From contig CM082586.2 in assembly GCA_040954595.2 (NCBI GenBank), forward strand, positions 7,471,337 to 7,535,336: DNA of 64,000 bases, written 5' to 3'. The notes below the pieces were generated by a model that saw only the letters and a program-made list of their open reading frames with translations, had not been told where the DNA came from and made no database searches. This stretch comes from Balanoglossus misakiensis (lineage: Eukaryota; Animalia; Hemichordata). Both the position numbers and the translations under genes were made by a program. Every line of letters starts with the position of its first letter. Within the stretch, counting starts at the first letter, position 1. This document shows positions 50,461 to 64,000 of this stretch, one piece after another.

Positions 50461-52999
50461 ACGAAAGTGCGATGCTCCTCATTCATATGTAAATATAGGC
50501 CGCTGACAGACAGGCCCTTTCAACTTTCTTTTGTAGGGGGATCTGAAGCGACAGTTGGTGTACCCGTATTTGGATCTGGGCTGCACCATTACATCATTCG
50601 AGACGGTCTTTCTAGTACATTTGTAGAAGAATAATCACCATACGAAAGAAAACACGCGCGCTTTTTCAAAAGCTGGTTTTCGCCAAGAGTTTAAGAACTT
50701 TCCCTTTTTCTCCACCAACTTCCTCGATCACAGGATGGATATTTCAGGATTGCAAAAAAAAAGACAAGCAAACAGTCTATTTTCTGAACAATCTATTTTT
50801 AGGCGAAAGGTTCATGCGATAGTAAGACAATATGGACCTATTTTGTTACAGTTACATGCATATGCATATGGACGACTATGAGTAATGACGTCACTGCAGC
50901 AGGCGCCGAAGAGAGTGAAACCAGGGGAGGGGGTAGTGACTATAAAGGAGATATCTTGGATCCACTTTTACAAAGGCAAAGTCCCAATGGATGCAGATAT
51001 ACTGTGTACTCCGAAGTTGTCCATCACTCATAGCCTTATTCCTAGCTGCTTATCAAGTACTTTTTTGAAATGATGATATCACCAGTATCTGCCTATATTG
51101 TATATAGGCGCCAATTATTTGTCAGAACAACGGCCGAGAAAATTTAGAGTAATCGAGGCGGAGATGTAAAACCATATGTTGAGCCTGTGTTTGTAATACA
51201 TAGTAAGTGTTGATGTGTAACGATAGTCTTTACATTGTTTATAATGTAAATGAATACCGTTCTTTTCTTTCATTCTAGTATTAAGGTAGGGACAATTTTA
51301 TTGGCTTTTATGAGTTATTTTGGTTTTTGAAGAGGTCTAGCTTACGACAGACACCGGTATGTACAAATATGTGAACATTATACTTCCTAAAATTAACACC
51401 CAATCTTAGGAGATATTTTTGGATTCCGGACTCATAACCATATTGCTTTTTGAAAATATTATTTCAATACTTGGCGATGTGGTTTTGATTGATGGCAAAC
51501 GTCATCACTTTCTGCGCACTCTCGTCATTTTTGATGATCTCGTCATATTTTGATGATGTCGCGCGTTCGCTTGTCGTTCGTCAGTCGTTTTTCCACGCGT
51601 TGCTTTTGGAGATTTCAAACCGTCGTATCAAAAATAAAAAGGTAATCTGGTGATTGTTTAATACGCGGCACTGTACATTATTCTGAAAATGTACATATCT
51701 GATTAAGGTTCAGTACTGGATACCTGTGATGACATGTATAGTCCTGTATTGGACGCAGTCAGAAATCACATCGCTGTACACGTCCTGTAGACCTACTACC
51801 AGTCCCGATATTCAGACCCTGTCTTTAGCAGATGCCATTTCCCTTAAGAACGCGGGTGGGTTATTTGCATATGCAAATGAGAGATTTACTTTTAACACTC
51901 TCGCTGAAGGCTGGCTGGCAGTTAGAAGACATAGCGGTTTTCATCGATTTTCAAAGGAAAACGGCTCTGTCACAGATACTGATCAGACCTAGTTACAGCC
52001 AGGTCCTGAATTCTACCCGTGGTTTTGTTGCTGTGTACTTTAAGTATTCAGAAAAACTCACCAATTTATCATACAGAACAAACAACTGCGCCGCCGTACT
52101 AAACCAACAAAGTGATGTGAAAGTGTTTACTTTTGTGACCAACGTCACAAATAATTCCACCTTCGATAATGACTATAAACAGCAAACAATTTGATTATTT
52201 GGGCCACAGGTCATACAAGACTTGCTCCTCTGTCCGTGATTATGACATATTGTAAGCTACTAGACTTGTTTGGAAAGAAATAAACCACTAAATTGACTAA
52301 TAAAAACACAGTTAGACGTTTAGCGATCTACTGAACTGTGACGTCACGCTAGAGGCGCGCATTTTAACACGCGTTCTCTGACTTCTGTACTTTATGATGG
52401 GAGACTAAACTCAATAACTGAACTGTTGCCTTTCCTGATTTTTAAGTGGAATATGGTGGATTTTTGTGTGAAAATTTCAAGAAAATGACAACATAAGCGT
52501 GTTGTTTGGAGTAAAACAAGAACTTGTATTTGGTACACAGAACACAGAAACCCAAAATAAAGCTAAAAGTTAATGTCCCTTTAAGGAGACACGTTGGTAT
52601 GTTTTTAACAGTAGGCCCATCCCTGTTCTGCGGTTTCCCTTTGATCCTCATTGCAAGTACAATGTGCATGTATTGCGCCCACTTGCGTCATAGAAGCGAG
52701 GTCAGCGAAGTGGTAGATGCATAAATATACCGTACACACTCTTTGATTTGGTTACACGATCATGCAATGACAGTTTTGAAGGATTTACAAGGTATAAAAT
52801 GTCGACGCTTAAGCTTAAAGAGCAACACGAAAACGGCACAACTAATGCCAAAGTACGACCCTCATCAATCGAAATGCCAAGAGATGTCTGACCTTGAGAT
52901 GACATTGAAAAAAGGCACCAGTAGTTCTCACAAGTATTTCTGGTTACGTCTTCATTAGTTCATGTATAAATATTGTGAGTTCAGTGGAGTGTGGATGAC

Positions 53000-53117
<118 letters not shown>

Positions 53118-53152
53118 AGAGCGAGGATTGGTTGCTTAGGAACGTGACTCAC

Positions 53153-53503
53153 CTCATATACACTGGTCAGCTCCAAACTGTAGAAAATCGGCATGTAGAA
53201 CTCGGCAGAAAACATCATCACTAGAGAATAGGAAATACCGAACCAACAAAACATTGTCCCGTAAATGTAGATCTCAGCAGGCGTGCCCAGCACGGTGATT
53301 GCCGACATGAAACTCGCCGTCAAAGACATGGCTACCGGCACTGACCGCATGCTACGGTTGGCCAGCAGGAACTTGGCCGTGGTCTTCTGGCCGCCGCCGG
53401 CGCAGGCGTGGTAGACCCCGATGCCCATGGACACGGCCAGCAGGCAACCGAGAACAACATAGTCGGCGATGGAGAAACTTGCAATTTCACCGGTGGCCGT
53501 CAT
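53153..53503 (-). CDS. SLC5 transporter first coding exon, distal variant (1b)
   Basis: MTATGEIASFSIADYVVL...SFMSAITVLGTPAE...LTSVYE|gtgagt; 351 nt, phase 0, no stops or indels relative to 1a. Confidence 0.92.
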
Positions 53504-56500
53504 TTTGAACGAGTTCTGGGCTGAAATTCGCCGATTCTGTACCAAGCGTTTGTATGGACGCGCCTGCCTTCTGCTGTCAGCTGAGCACCGAGTGAAGGTG
53601 TTGCAAGTACTGCGTCCGGTTCCTTGCGATTACCGCTATTTGGAATAGCGTGCACCCGAATGATTGATAGGTTTATGCCAAGATATCAACACACAATCAA
53701 GCTTAGCATAAATTGTTGTGTATTTACTTTATTAACAAAACGGCGTTTACGATTTCTTCTTGACCTTTCACCGACAATTTCAGTTTGTTCAAGTGAAAGA
53801 GGTTGTCGTTGGACTCCAAATCAACCTGTTGATTTAGGGATCTACAAATCGGTCAAGAAGAACTCCTTCAGTGAAAATCTGCCGGTCATTCCTCTCAGTG
53901 TGGAGACCAAGAGAAGTGGACACGGTGTGGGAATGAAAACTTCATCGTACCATTGACTGAACCATTTTACGTCCATGACTGTACTGAGGCGTTCTCATTA
54001 TTCGAAATAAATGCATTTTATACAAACCACGATTGAAACTATTTTTAAGACCTAGAAAATATCATAAAAATAGTCTGCATTTCACGGATCTTTTTGATTA
54101 ATTTTGTAAAAAGAAAACCTAAAAATCAATTTGTAAAAATCCTGAAAAACAATCAATTTGCAAAATTTACAATGCAGTTTCATGAATTCATTTTCTTCAT
54201 ACGATATTTCTGGGTATCCTATAATGACAAACTTGTTTCCAGTTGTGTTACATGTAGAGACATGACAATTCTCCGTATAAAAAGGTTGGCAGACAGTGAC
54301 AGTGCTGGTTGTCATTGTTAAGGGCAGTATCAGATATGCCATGCCCATCCACCTGAAGGTCCCACGCGACCCACCAACCAACATAGTGTGTCACCGTGGC
54401 GATACATCAGAGAGAATTGAACGTATCTATGATTTGATTTCTATGTTGTAGTTGTACACACTGGCTGTAATTACATATTGTATAATCAATAAAGCCACGG
54501 AAGCATTCAGTCAGCCGATAACGTTTAACGCAAGCAAGGACAACGACTACCCCGGGGCCAACAAAACACTTCACTGTGCAAATGATTACTTCCTGATACA
54601 AAAAATGCTCCCGAAATCCAAAAGAGGAGTTCGTCGACCGCTAATTTCATCGTGGTCACGTCGGTATTGATTACTGTCCGGAGAAAATTATGCGGCGGAA
54701 AATGAATTTTAAGAAATAAACAGTCCGTTTTTTCTATAAAATAATTTGAGTTACCAGACACATGGTTCTCTGTGCAGTATCAATCCGATTTTGCCACAAA
54801 AAATGTGACTTCTGTCGTGGTACTGTATCGAACAACTGTTTGGACCTGTCACGCTGCCATATGATAAACGGTTTTTAATGTTGTCATTTGTTCAGAACTG
54901 TTGGTGACCTAACCCTTTGCCAATAAACAAACGTGAAAGACCTTTGTCGGTCCGCGTTTCTAAATTATGGTTATACAGCAGGTTTATAGCGTTTCGACAA
55001 CGATAACAAGTCATTTATGTCGTAAAACGTACTAGATAACTAACACCTTATGCATTTTATCGCCAAGGCAAGGCCAAAAAATAAAACTTCCTTTGAGCGA
55101 CAATATAAAAACTATCGTGTCAAAACGTTACAGCCTGACTGAAGTAGGTATGCAAGTGAAGTTGGGAATTGAAAACATCCTGTTGGCCACCGAAAACCAA
55201 AAGTTGACCAGAAAAAAAATCCCACAGTTGACTTTGCGAAACTACGATCATATATACGTACGCGTACAGGTGACTACCAAAATGGTATCAAATGACCACA
55301 CGAGGGCGCTGTCTAAGAAACTTATGTTTTTTTTCTGGTCAGCTGTAATACTAGTAGTATTTGTTTGTCAACAGGCTGTTTTCCATTCCCCATTCTCAGC
55401 TAACCTACCCCTGTTATTGGCTTTTGAAAAAAAATCTCCTAGATCCAGATTTATTTCCAATGGGACATAACTGAACAATATGTTGAACTTGAAATTCCGA
55501 TTTCCAGAAAGAAATTTGTTCATAAATTATATCCTTAAATTAAATCCTTAAATTATATCCTTTGATAGCAAGACGTTTACAAGGGTTATTTTCAAAGCAT
55601 GCTTGCATGTTGTGTTCAACAGAGAGAATGGTTATTTATAGCTATTTATGGTTAGATGCACTAGTTTCGAACTGGCTGTACTTCCCTTGGACTGATTGAT
55701 AAAGCAGCGCATATATATCTCTTCATCCAAGCATGGTGCCACGCAGGAAAATATATGCAACCTTCATTCAATACATCATAATTTGTATTCCTCTAACAAC
55801 GGAGGCAACTCAGGGAAAGTGACTTGCACAAAAAGATGGACAATACAGTAAAAATAGTGCTGACCACATTTTGAAAATTATTCTGTTATTATTGTTTGAG
55901 CGAAGAACAGTTCACTTTGGAATTTTGGCTGCCATCTGCAATTTTGTGCGTCTCTTGGGGTTGGTCATTTTAATTCATTCGACTATTGTCTTCTTGGGAA
56001 TTTCTTGCTCGATGATGGCGCTGTGCTATAGTCCACTGTCCCCAAAGGACCAGAATCCAGTGCGCTTGCACAGCGCCCCCACTGGCCAAGGAATGTGTAG
56101 CCAATATCCAGGCCACAATGTATTTAGCACAAACGAACATAGACTTTCGACTGCCAGTCACTTTGGCCATTACATCGCGTACTAGACTGTGCAAAGTTGT
56201 TTCTGTTAACTGGCACAACATCAGGGTAATGAGCGTGACGAAAGTTGATTGTTGAGGTCATGCATGTAGCACTTCCATAGTGTCTACAATGCTTGACATC
56301 CCAGTTTACCCAGAGAGATCGCTACCTGGTTTGCTGTAACTTTGTATAGCACCAGCATTGCTAGTTTAGACCGACAGATAGAAGTCTCAATCACACACAA
56401 CATGCAAAAGTGTTGTGTGCACTTCCCATGATCCATAGTGTAGATGCATGGTTGAAACATCCACACTACAACTTCACTCCAAAATACAGAACAGACACAG

Positions 56501-56822
56501 AATTTTGTGGAGTAAGTTTAATAATAAAAGTGACCAAGATATTACATACTGCAGCACTGATGAATGGAAACCACTTACAATGTACAATTGTGAGAACTAC
56601 ACAAAAATGGTGATCAATTTATTTGTAGCAGTTCCTAATATAGTATGACAAAAAAGATGTGTACCTATACTGCACTGTTAATATGTATACATACAAGTTA
56701 TATTCTCAGTACAAAGCTATACAATGAATGCTTCAAATCGTGGAGACTATATAGACTTGGATAAAACTGCTATCTAGTTTTGTGTTAATAACCAACACCG
56801 GGGTGAGATTTCTATTATTCAT

Positions 56823-56916
56823 TTAACCCTTTCACCCCCTAGTTTTCTGTGAAGAGGTCCAACTTTACCATTGAAAACAATGGGTTTGGACTGAACCATG
56901 ACGGTGGAAGGGTTAA
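56823..56916. mobile_element. piggyBac-like MITE family B, copy 2
   Basis: TTAA|CCCTTTCACC...GGTGGAAGGG|TTAA; homologous to 13464-13556. Confidence 0.75.
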
Positions 56917-58918
56917 CTGCACTGGCGATTTGTGACCATCCAAACTGAGACAGTAGAAACGATGCTGCTTTCAGAATATTGCCGACAATTATTGCATAAA
57001 AGCACTTTTCACTGATTCCAAAATAATCCCATCTCTGCCGCAATTTGCATGGTTATGATCAACGTCTTGCAAGAGAGCCTAAACTGGTGTCTCCTTTTCC
57101 CGACCATTTGAAGACAGCTAACTACAAGGAAGATTACATGACATGAATTATCTAAAGACTGGAAATGGTCTACCTAGATTAAGGTCACCCTCCCATTCCC
57201 GACAAACACATAAAAGCTACCACATAACATTTGACATCTTTTATATTGATGTCTCTCAGACACAGTGGTAAAACTCGTCTCTCCTAAATCATCGTTAAAA
57301 TCCTCGGCTATAATATAAAATTTAGATGTGATTACAAAATCAATATAAATTAAAAATATTTTGGAAGTTACGAATTAAAATCTGAGAGGGAGACTGTGAT
57401 GACACCCTTTTTTGTCAGACATGAAAATATCGATCAGTGGGAAATAGCTGCGTCAGGTAAAAGAGTTTTTTGAGTCATGTACACAGATATCTCTCTTACA
57501 AGGCAGTAGTTGCCACAACAAACTTATCTGTCGAAGGACTGTAAATCCAAATCTCACATCTATCCCAGAAGAAAACAAAAAACAAAGGTCACAGAAAAAT
57601 GAAATGAGCTGAAACATAGCAGTAAATGTCAAGATAAGGAAATTTGGTATTAGGAAACAAAAACCCTGACAAAACCTGTTATCACGGATTCTGGCAGAAG
57701 TGACCAAAAGTTCAGACGGAAGGTTGCTTTTTTTTTTCTCCTCACAAAAAAAGAAATATTTTCATCCAGGGTTCTGAAATATTCATTCCAATATCTGTAG
57801 TGAAAATGTCTATACTGTCCGAAACCAATGAGAGAGCAGAACAGCTACCTGTCGTTGAAACTAAAGGCAAGATGTGTCTAGCATCCTGATTGGCTACGCA
57901 AGAAGTATCCAGTGTTACGATTGGCTAAACCACCACCGTTAACATTTTCTGTAAGGGACATAGTGACTATCATACCTTGGTCGCACTCTTTAAATACTGG
58001 AAATGATGTCAAAAATACTAATGTCACAGTAAAATCTTGCAAAAAATTACACAATAATTCTCTATATCTTGATGGTTGAATATTAACTTGGATATCTAGT
58101 ATTTTTTTTCCCAGCACAATGTCTATAACAGCTAGTAAAATCAGACCATTAAATTTCTGTAATGTATGCATGTTGTGCATGATTGACATCTTATATATCT
58201 AATTATTTCTTGACATCAATTAACACTTTAATTAATATATCAAGCATTACACAGGTTTGTTGGGAATACATCATGTTTATATGACCAGTCCATCATACAA
58301 CATGCCTTAAACACATCACTGAGCGTCCCTTGTTTGTGTTAAATGCACATACACTTTGTGGACAGTCCTACCAGTTTGGTTCACAAATACATGATATATT
58401 TGTCTTAAATGTTCTGATACAATGCTAAGTACCACAACGCTTGACTATTAAACACTGGGGGGATAAATGACCTGATGTACACTGAGTTTGGAAAGATTAG
58501 GGGAGGGAGGAAATGCAATAGATTGTGCTCAGTGGGGAGCACGAGACGTGAGAAACATCAGATGGAATATTTAATAAACATCGACTTACGCAACAATCAG
58601 AGATAAATGGTTATACAGGGACAACTTCTTACCAGCCAAAAATACAACTGTTTATAGCACTTCAAAGAGATATGTGTCACATGATTACATGATGCGGTGC
58701 AGACACGTCACATAGTGGACAATGTTGCTCATACTCCCCACAGAGAACGAAACCATGCATCTTCAAATGAACTTTGACCTTTGATCAATCTGATGCGAAA
58801 TATTCACACCGAGATATAGGGATAATTAGATGTGATCAATGTCCCAAATTTTTTTTCGGTAGGTCAGCGATATAAAGTTCATTTGAAAGGCAGCTGGCTT
58901 CCTTATGCTTGATTATTT

Positions 58919-59173
58919 TTACTGCATTTCAAAATATTTGTATGTTGGATTCTCATAGCCATTTTGCTGCATCATGTTGATGTGTCTCTGTTCCATGGTC
59001 ATTTTGGGGTCCACCTCCACGAAGCCGTGATTGACGGGGACGCGCTGGGACTTCTTGCGTACTATCACCAGGGCGACAATCACAACAGTTGCTACGGCAA
59101 CAGCGCCGCCAACAAGTCCTAATGCCAGTGCCGATTTGTGCGGGTAGGTCAGTTTCTTCTTCACAACTGAGGG
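58919..59173 (-). CDS. APP: Amyloid precursor protein homologue, last coding exon (TM plus intracellular domain)
   Basis: ...LVGGAVAVATVVIVALVIVRKK...HGFVEVD...MQQNGYENPTYKYFEMQ*; the YENPTY motif is diagnostic; ag|CCC phase 0. Confidence 0.97.
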   Translation of the reverse strand, partial: PSVVKKKLTYPHKSALALGLVGGAVAVATVVIVALVIVRKKSQRVPVNHGFVEVDPKMTMEQRHINMMQQNGYENPTYKYFEMQ

Positions 59174-59604
59174 CTGTAAACCAAAAACAAAAGATTTCAG
59201 ATGTAAGACGCCCTGTGCGTTTTAACAAATGACTTTGCAGAAGCCAGAATTCTCAGAGCCACAGGTTATGTTATGGTTCCCATTAATGTCAAATAGTAAG
59301 TCCAATTGCTAAGTCATCCCATCAAGGTACAGTGTTGGCAAAGGACCATTGTTATCTCTGGGTCAATGAGGTTCTATTTTACAATGATCTTCTGGAGACA
59401 ATTTCAGCATTGTAAGGCCATGCTGCTATGTCCTTTTATCCAGCAGCATTGACTAATTTAAATGAACTCCCCAAAAAGCCAGCAGTCAATTCAAGTTTTA
59501 TGCTTTCTAGTCGTCACACTCTATTTTAATAACTGGCATAACAAGAAAATCCCAGTTCATCCAAACCTACATTTAGAATTGATTACATGGTAAGAGGAAC
59601 TTAC

Positions 59605-59747
59605 AGAATCCTTAAATGATTCTTTGACTTTGAAGTTGCTATTCTTGTTGGCAGCATAGTGTGGTGTCATGTCCTTCTTCAAGGCTGGCAGGATGGATTC
59701 ATCTTCCTTTGTCTCATCATCATATGTTGTCTCTTCAGGTTTGCCAG
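59605..59747 (-). CDS. APP: APP homologue, juxtamembrane exon
   Basis: ag|CTGGCAAACCT...GATTCT|gtaagt; 143 nt, phases 1/0 link the neighbouring exons in frame. Confidence 0.8.
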
Positions 59748-60173
59748 CTGTCAATGTAATATAGGAGATTGCTATGTTAGACACAGAAAGGATAGTGGCT
59801 ATCGGTCTGATATATAAAAACATTTTATTTGTGTATAAAACAATGTAATCAATAAATCAATGTTTGGAGTTGATCTGATCAATAGATGTTTGCACTCAGT
59901 AATTTAAAATCTGACATCTTTCCAGGAGGTTTTTTTTCAGAGAACATTTATTTCAATCTAAACTTTTTCCAAAAATAAATTTACAAGTAGCCAAATTCAG
60001 TAAGGGCACATTTTAAGCTCGTGTTAGTATTAGAGTATTAGAAACAGAATGACCATTTTGGAGGAGTTTTGGCAGTCAAATGTTGTCCACAATCACAACT
60101 TGCTATTTCCCAAGCAAGCATTATACCAAACCATCAACAGACCTCACTGAAAAAAGGCTGAGAAGATTCTTAC

Positions 60174-60389
60174 TTGTCTTAAACATTTCTTTGACTTCAG
60201 GTTCCATCTTCTCCTCCTCTTTGTCCTCGGGCCAATCAAACTGGGCTGGCTCTACAACTTCCTCCATCTTGAGTTCTTCTTTTTCTGTCTCCACGGGAAC
60301 TGGTTTGGTGTCATCAATGGTCATCACAGGAAGAGGTTTCAGAAGAAGTGAATTCTCCACAAATTTGTCGTCCGCTCTGATCATGTCAT
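60174..60389 (-). CDS. APP: APP homologue, acidic linker exon after E2
   Basis: ag|ATGACATGATC...ACAA|gtaaga; 216 nt, phase 1/1. Confidence 0.82.
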
Positions 60390-61089
60390 CTGTCAATGAA
60401 TGTGCGATTATTATGAGTTGGATATCAGAGGTTCTGTCAGATTTTTTTCCTTTGCCACTTTGTACCATAATGGATTGTATCATAAAACGATTACTGCCCC
60501 CTAAATTGACTTACATACATGTGTATGTTCATCACATAGCACTACCTATGTGCCCAGTTTGAATGAAGTCAGTTCCAGCATAGAGTATTGGCGCCAGACG
60601 AAAAATGTAATAATAGGCATCTAGATCTGATTGCCTAATAAGTTCAAACACGTCATAATTGTGCAGTTTGAACAAAACTGGTTCAAGCATGTCTGACTAC
60701 ATGACTCAGGACATTAAAAAATTCAAAATAAAAATGGCCACCTAGCAACAATGCATTGGATCATAAATTGTGACATGTCTGAGTAATGGCACTGTACAGA
60801 CAGATGCAGGCAAGCACACACAGAAACTACAACAAACCGGTCAAATTTTGATTGCTCCTCTAAATAAATACCTAAACAGGTTTTTTTCACCCTGTTCTAC
60901 ACATAGGGCATATCTCTCTGCACCCTATTCGTTTCATTCAGATTTAATGCGAATTGGAGAAGGTATTCATTTTCTGTATTTTGCAATCAGTTACTACATG
61001 GCAAGACTCGATCTAACAAGTATGACAATTTCCACTTTTCATATTTGCTTGGATTTGCAGGAAAGAAGATAACCATACATATCACTTAC

Positions 61090-61321
61090 CGATTTTCTCC
61101 TTGAGAACCGAGTACATGCCTGGCAGTTGCCTCTTAAGCATCTCAATACTCTGGTTAACGCGGTCGTCCACTTCATGCAGGTGTTCAATCATGGCTGGTC
61201 GGATGTCTTCGGCTTTCTTGGGATTTGTCTGTCGGAGATGCTCAAAGTGGTGCAGACTGTGCACTCTGTCTTTGTGTTCAGCGTGGATGAATTTCTGCAG
61301 ACCTTGGAGAACATCCTTGGG
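61090..61321 (-). CDS. APP: APP homologue, E2 domain exon
   Basis: PKDVLQGLQKFIHAEHKDRVHSLHHFEHLRQTNPKKAEDIRPAMIEHL...RVNQSIEML matches the E2 AExKDRxHxLxHFEH motif; 232 nt. Confidence 0.95.
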
Positions 61322-61929
61322 CTGTTCAAAATTTTGGAGAAGGAAAAAAATCCATTATCAATGAGAGTCCCTGTTGGATCAGTGGGATTTATGAGGCTAG
61401 TACGGTAATAGTAATGACACAGATAAACTGACAAACTGAGAGCTGAAGGGCTGTGTAGTAATTCACACAAAATGGCTATTCATTGCAAGCAGTCCTGTCG
61501 GAACATAGTGGAAAGACAAGTACAGAAAGTTGCATGTAAATTCATCGGTTCAGACATGACAGTACTGGCAGCCATATTGGATCACATTGCAGTATTATCC
61601 CAAAAGCAATTATTAAGTATCAGCTGATTCCCTTTAATTTAGGGAAAACAATGCACATAATTATATGTACTGCTATGCAAATTAGCTGATATTACATCAG
61701 AAATTCCTGGGAAGAACACAGGTTGAAACACAATGTACCAGTAATGCAAATGTTCTTCATAATACTATTCTTTTACATTATATCTACAGATAACAGTATG
61801 ACGGATATTTCTTCTTCAAAAATGACTCCAAAGTCTCCAAAATCACACTTCTAGGAGAGTACACTGGATTGCCTATGGACCAATGTTAAATGACGAAACT
61901 CAACCACCCATAGATAAAAAGCTGCTAAC

Positions 61930-62088
61930 CTTAGGATTGACAGCTTGTAGTGCTTTTGTGTAAGAATCCAGAGCATTCTGCTTCTTCTTGTTGATTTCTT
62001 TTTCGATGCGGTTCAGATGAGTTTCGCGGATTTGTTGTTTGACGGCCTCCGCTTCTTGTTCAAGCGAAATCACTGTTGCCTGGAATCT
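61930..62088 (-). CDS. APP: APP homologue, E2 domain exon
   Basis: RFQATVISLEQEAEAVKQQIRETHLNRI...ALDSYTKALQ; 159 nt, phase 0/0. Confidence 0.95.
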
Positions 62089-63082
62089 CTGAAAACCAAA
62101 ATAGTTCACCATCAACATTTCAGTTTCAAAAATAAACACGGGACTGTCATTGACATTTACGAGGACATAATTACATGAACACGCCCTGTGTTAGTATGAA
62201 TATAGTTTTTCTTTACTAAAACACATTTCCAACTGTATAGACATGAATCCCCAGATGCAACATTAATCAACATGTAAATTGGATGACTTGACATCACATT
62301 CAGAAAAGGGTATGTCACGGTTGCAGAACGTATACAAATGATATATTGTTGAATTTTGAAATGATAAATTGGTTCATTAAAATAAACAGTATGCAGTTTT
62401 TTCTGAGTTTATTCATCTCATGTTTATATGATGGTCTGTTTGAAAGGAAAACTATGATACTGCCAAGTAAGGTACAACAGCGTTCGATGAATGTACAATG
62501 TACATGCGCAACAAATTGTTTGCTATGATCCTACACTGTATAATAATTTCACCACTGTTTGGGCATTCCATACTTCGGTATAGTAAAGGAATTCAGTGCT
62601 ACAAAAATTGAACAGTACTTTTGATTGCAGCCTCTATTTTATTATTTTATAGCAGTTTTCACTGATAAAAATGGCAAAATAAAACCCAGTGACAAACTAA
62701 TATATGTACATATACTGCATCAATCCTGTCTTAGAGACTTCATGGCCAGCCACTCCTTAGCCTTGACCTTGACACCTTGCAATAAATCAATGTCAATAAC
62801 CTAAGAATACCCAAAGAATTCCTCTACATGTGTTATCTAAAAACCAATTGTGAATGTCATGGAAATGTCAAAAGGGAGTGTCTAATTTAAGCCACGGCTT
62901 GTAATAGAAATGTTAGTGATTTCTGATAAACTTGGGGTTCAAAGATTACTGTCAAACACTTTAAATTAGCTGCATGCTATTTAAGTGAATTTAGATTTTC
63001 AGTTCATTCAGCGGGTTAGTAATTTAGGTATACAGAAAGCTTAACCATGGTAAAATAGAGAAAAGTTTGAATTAGTGGCACC

Positions 63083-63268
63083 TTAAAGGGACAAAGTCTC
63101 TCTCTTGCTGTTCTTTTTCCATTAATTATGTTTGATACAAGACGCCATTTATGTTAATGTACACGTCATGTATATGTAGTTAACGAACGTTCAACCACAC
63201 ACACCTTACATCCCGCTTGTATTATACGAGAGTAAACACTCGCCCAAAATGAATAAAAGTCCCTTTAA
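63083..63268. mobile_element. MITE family A, half-length copy 3 (APP intron)
   Basis: TTAA|AGGGACAAAGTCTCTCTC...CAAAATGAATAAAAGTCCCT|TTAA; one arm only, both termini present. Confidence 0.8.
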
Positions 63269-63340
63269 ATTAGCGAATTTATACACCTAGCTAAATTAAT
63301 TAAAATAACATGCTGGCTAAAAAGACATGTTTGACAGTAC

Positions 63341-63603
63341 CTCCATCATTTCCTTCCTTTCCTTCTCAGCGGCCACCGGATCAGAGCCCTTCATGCTCTC
63401 GTAGTTCTCTTCCGCTTGTTCCCACAGCTTCATCACCCTGGCCATGCGTTCGCGATGGTGTTGCTCCAGGCGCTCGCGGGCCTCCTCGAACTCCAGGTGT
63501 TCCTTCTTGGGATCCTCGTCTTCCAGTTTGAAGTACGGGTCATCTTCGTCTTCTTCTATGTCGATTTCTTCAATGCTGATGGGTTCAACTTCGACACTTG
63601 GCT
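63341..63603 (-). CDS. APP: APP homologue, start of E2 domain; upstream exons lie beyond the window
   Basis: DPYF...EHLEFEEARERLEQHHRERMARVMKLWEQAE (RERMS-like motif); ag|AG...GAG|gtactg. Confidence 0.93.
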
Positions 63604-64000
63604 CTGTGAACGTCAACACAACATTCTCTTGGCTAAATAAATCTTATAATAAAATGATTTTGATCAAAACGAGTTGTCTGTTGAACTAATAATGATAAAT
63701 TAATCTGTTCTGGTCAAGGTAATTATGCAAATTGGCCTTTACATAACATCCGCACACTGATATAATAATCAGGCAATTCACATTATAAATTATACGCATT
63801 CTCAAGGAATGAATCAATATCTTTGGTGTGATTTGATGTGGGATTATTTCTTCCAAATTATTAGTATTGGTAGAAGTAATACTTCACTTATGAAATAAAA
63901 ATCAGTAATATTATTATTCAAATATTTATATTGTCCACAACAAGCGCAGCATATAGGAAGGTATACAATGCCTCAACAACAATAACCAAGAAATCATGTG

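Noticed and set aside
60560-60840. Possible dispersed repeat sharing GGCAGCC/ATTGGATC-type words with ~47500-47660 and ~61560
   Set aside because: Similarity too patchy to set boundaries or a class by eye.

Overview
Eukaryotic (metazoan) genomic DNA with GT-AG introns, satellites and MITEs. The gene content and vertebrate-like intron positions suggest an invertebrate deuterostome, but that is inference only. There is no prokaryotic signal, CRISPR array, tRNA or rRNA. Contents in order: (1) 1-3750, an AT-rich ~88-bp tandem satellite ending in (ATGT)n/(GT)n microsatellites; (2) 4-20 kb, non-coding DNA with several palindromic MITEs; (3) 20081-25528 (+), one uninterrupted 1815-codon ORF made of six tandem GT31/beta-1,3-galactosyltransferase-like domains, only two with intact catalytic motifs, and with hydrophobic anchors at both ends; (4) 28244-53503 (-), a 15-exon SLC5 sodium:solute symporter of the SLC5A5/6/8/12 clade, reconstructed by hand as 642 aa, with two alternative equal-length (351 nt) first coding exons feeding one shared set of exons 2-15; (5) inside its first intron, a 4.5-kb Foldback-type element with 31-bp modular inverted arms and a 9-bp TSD, carrying a Penelope-like RT fragment and a nested hAT-like insertion; (6) 58919-63603 (-), the last six coding exons of an amyloid precursor protein (APP) homologue. 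All splice sites and counts were read by eye; no database searches were run.
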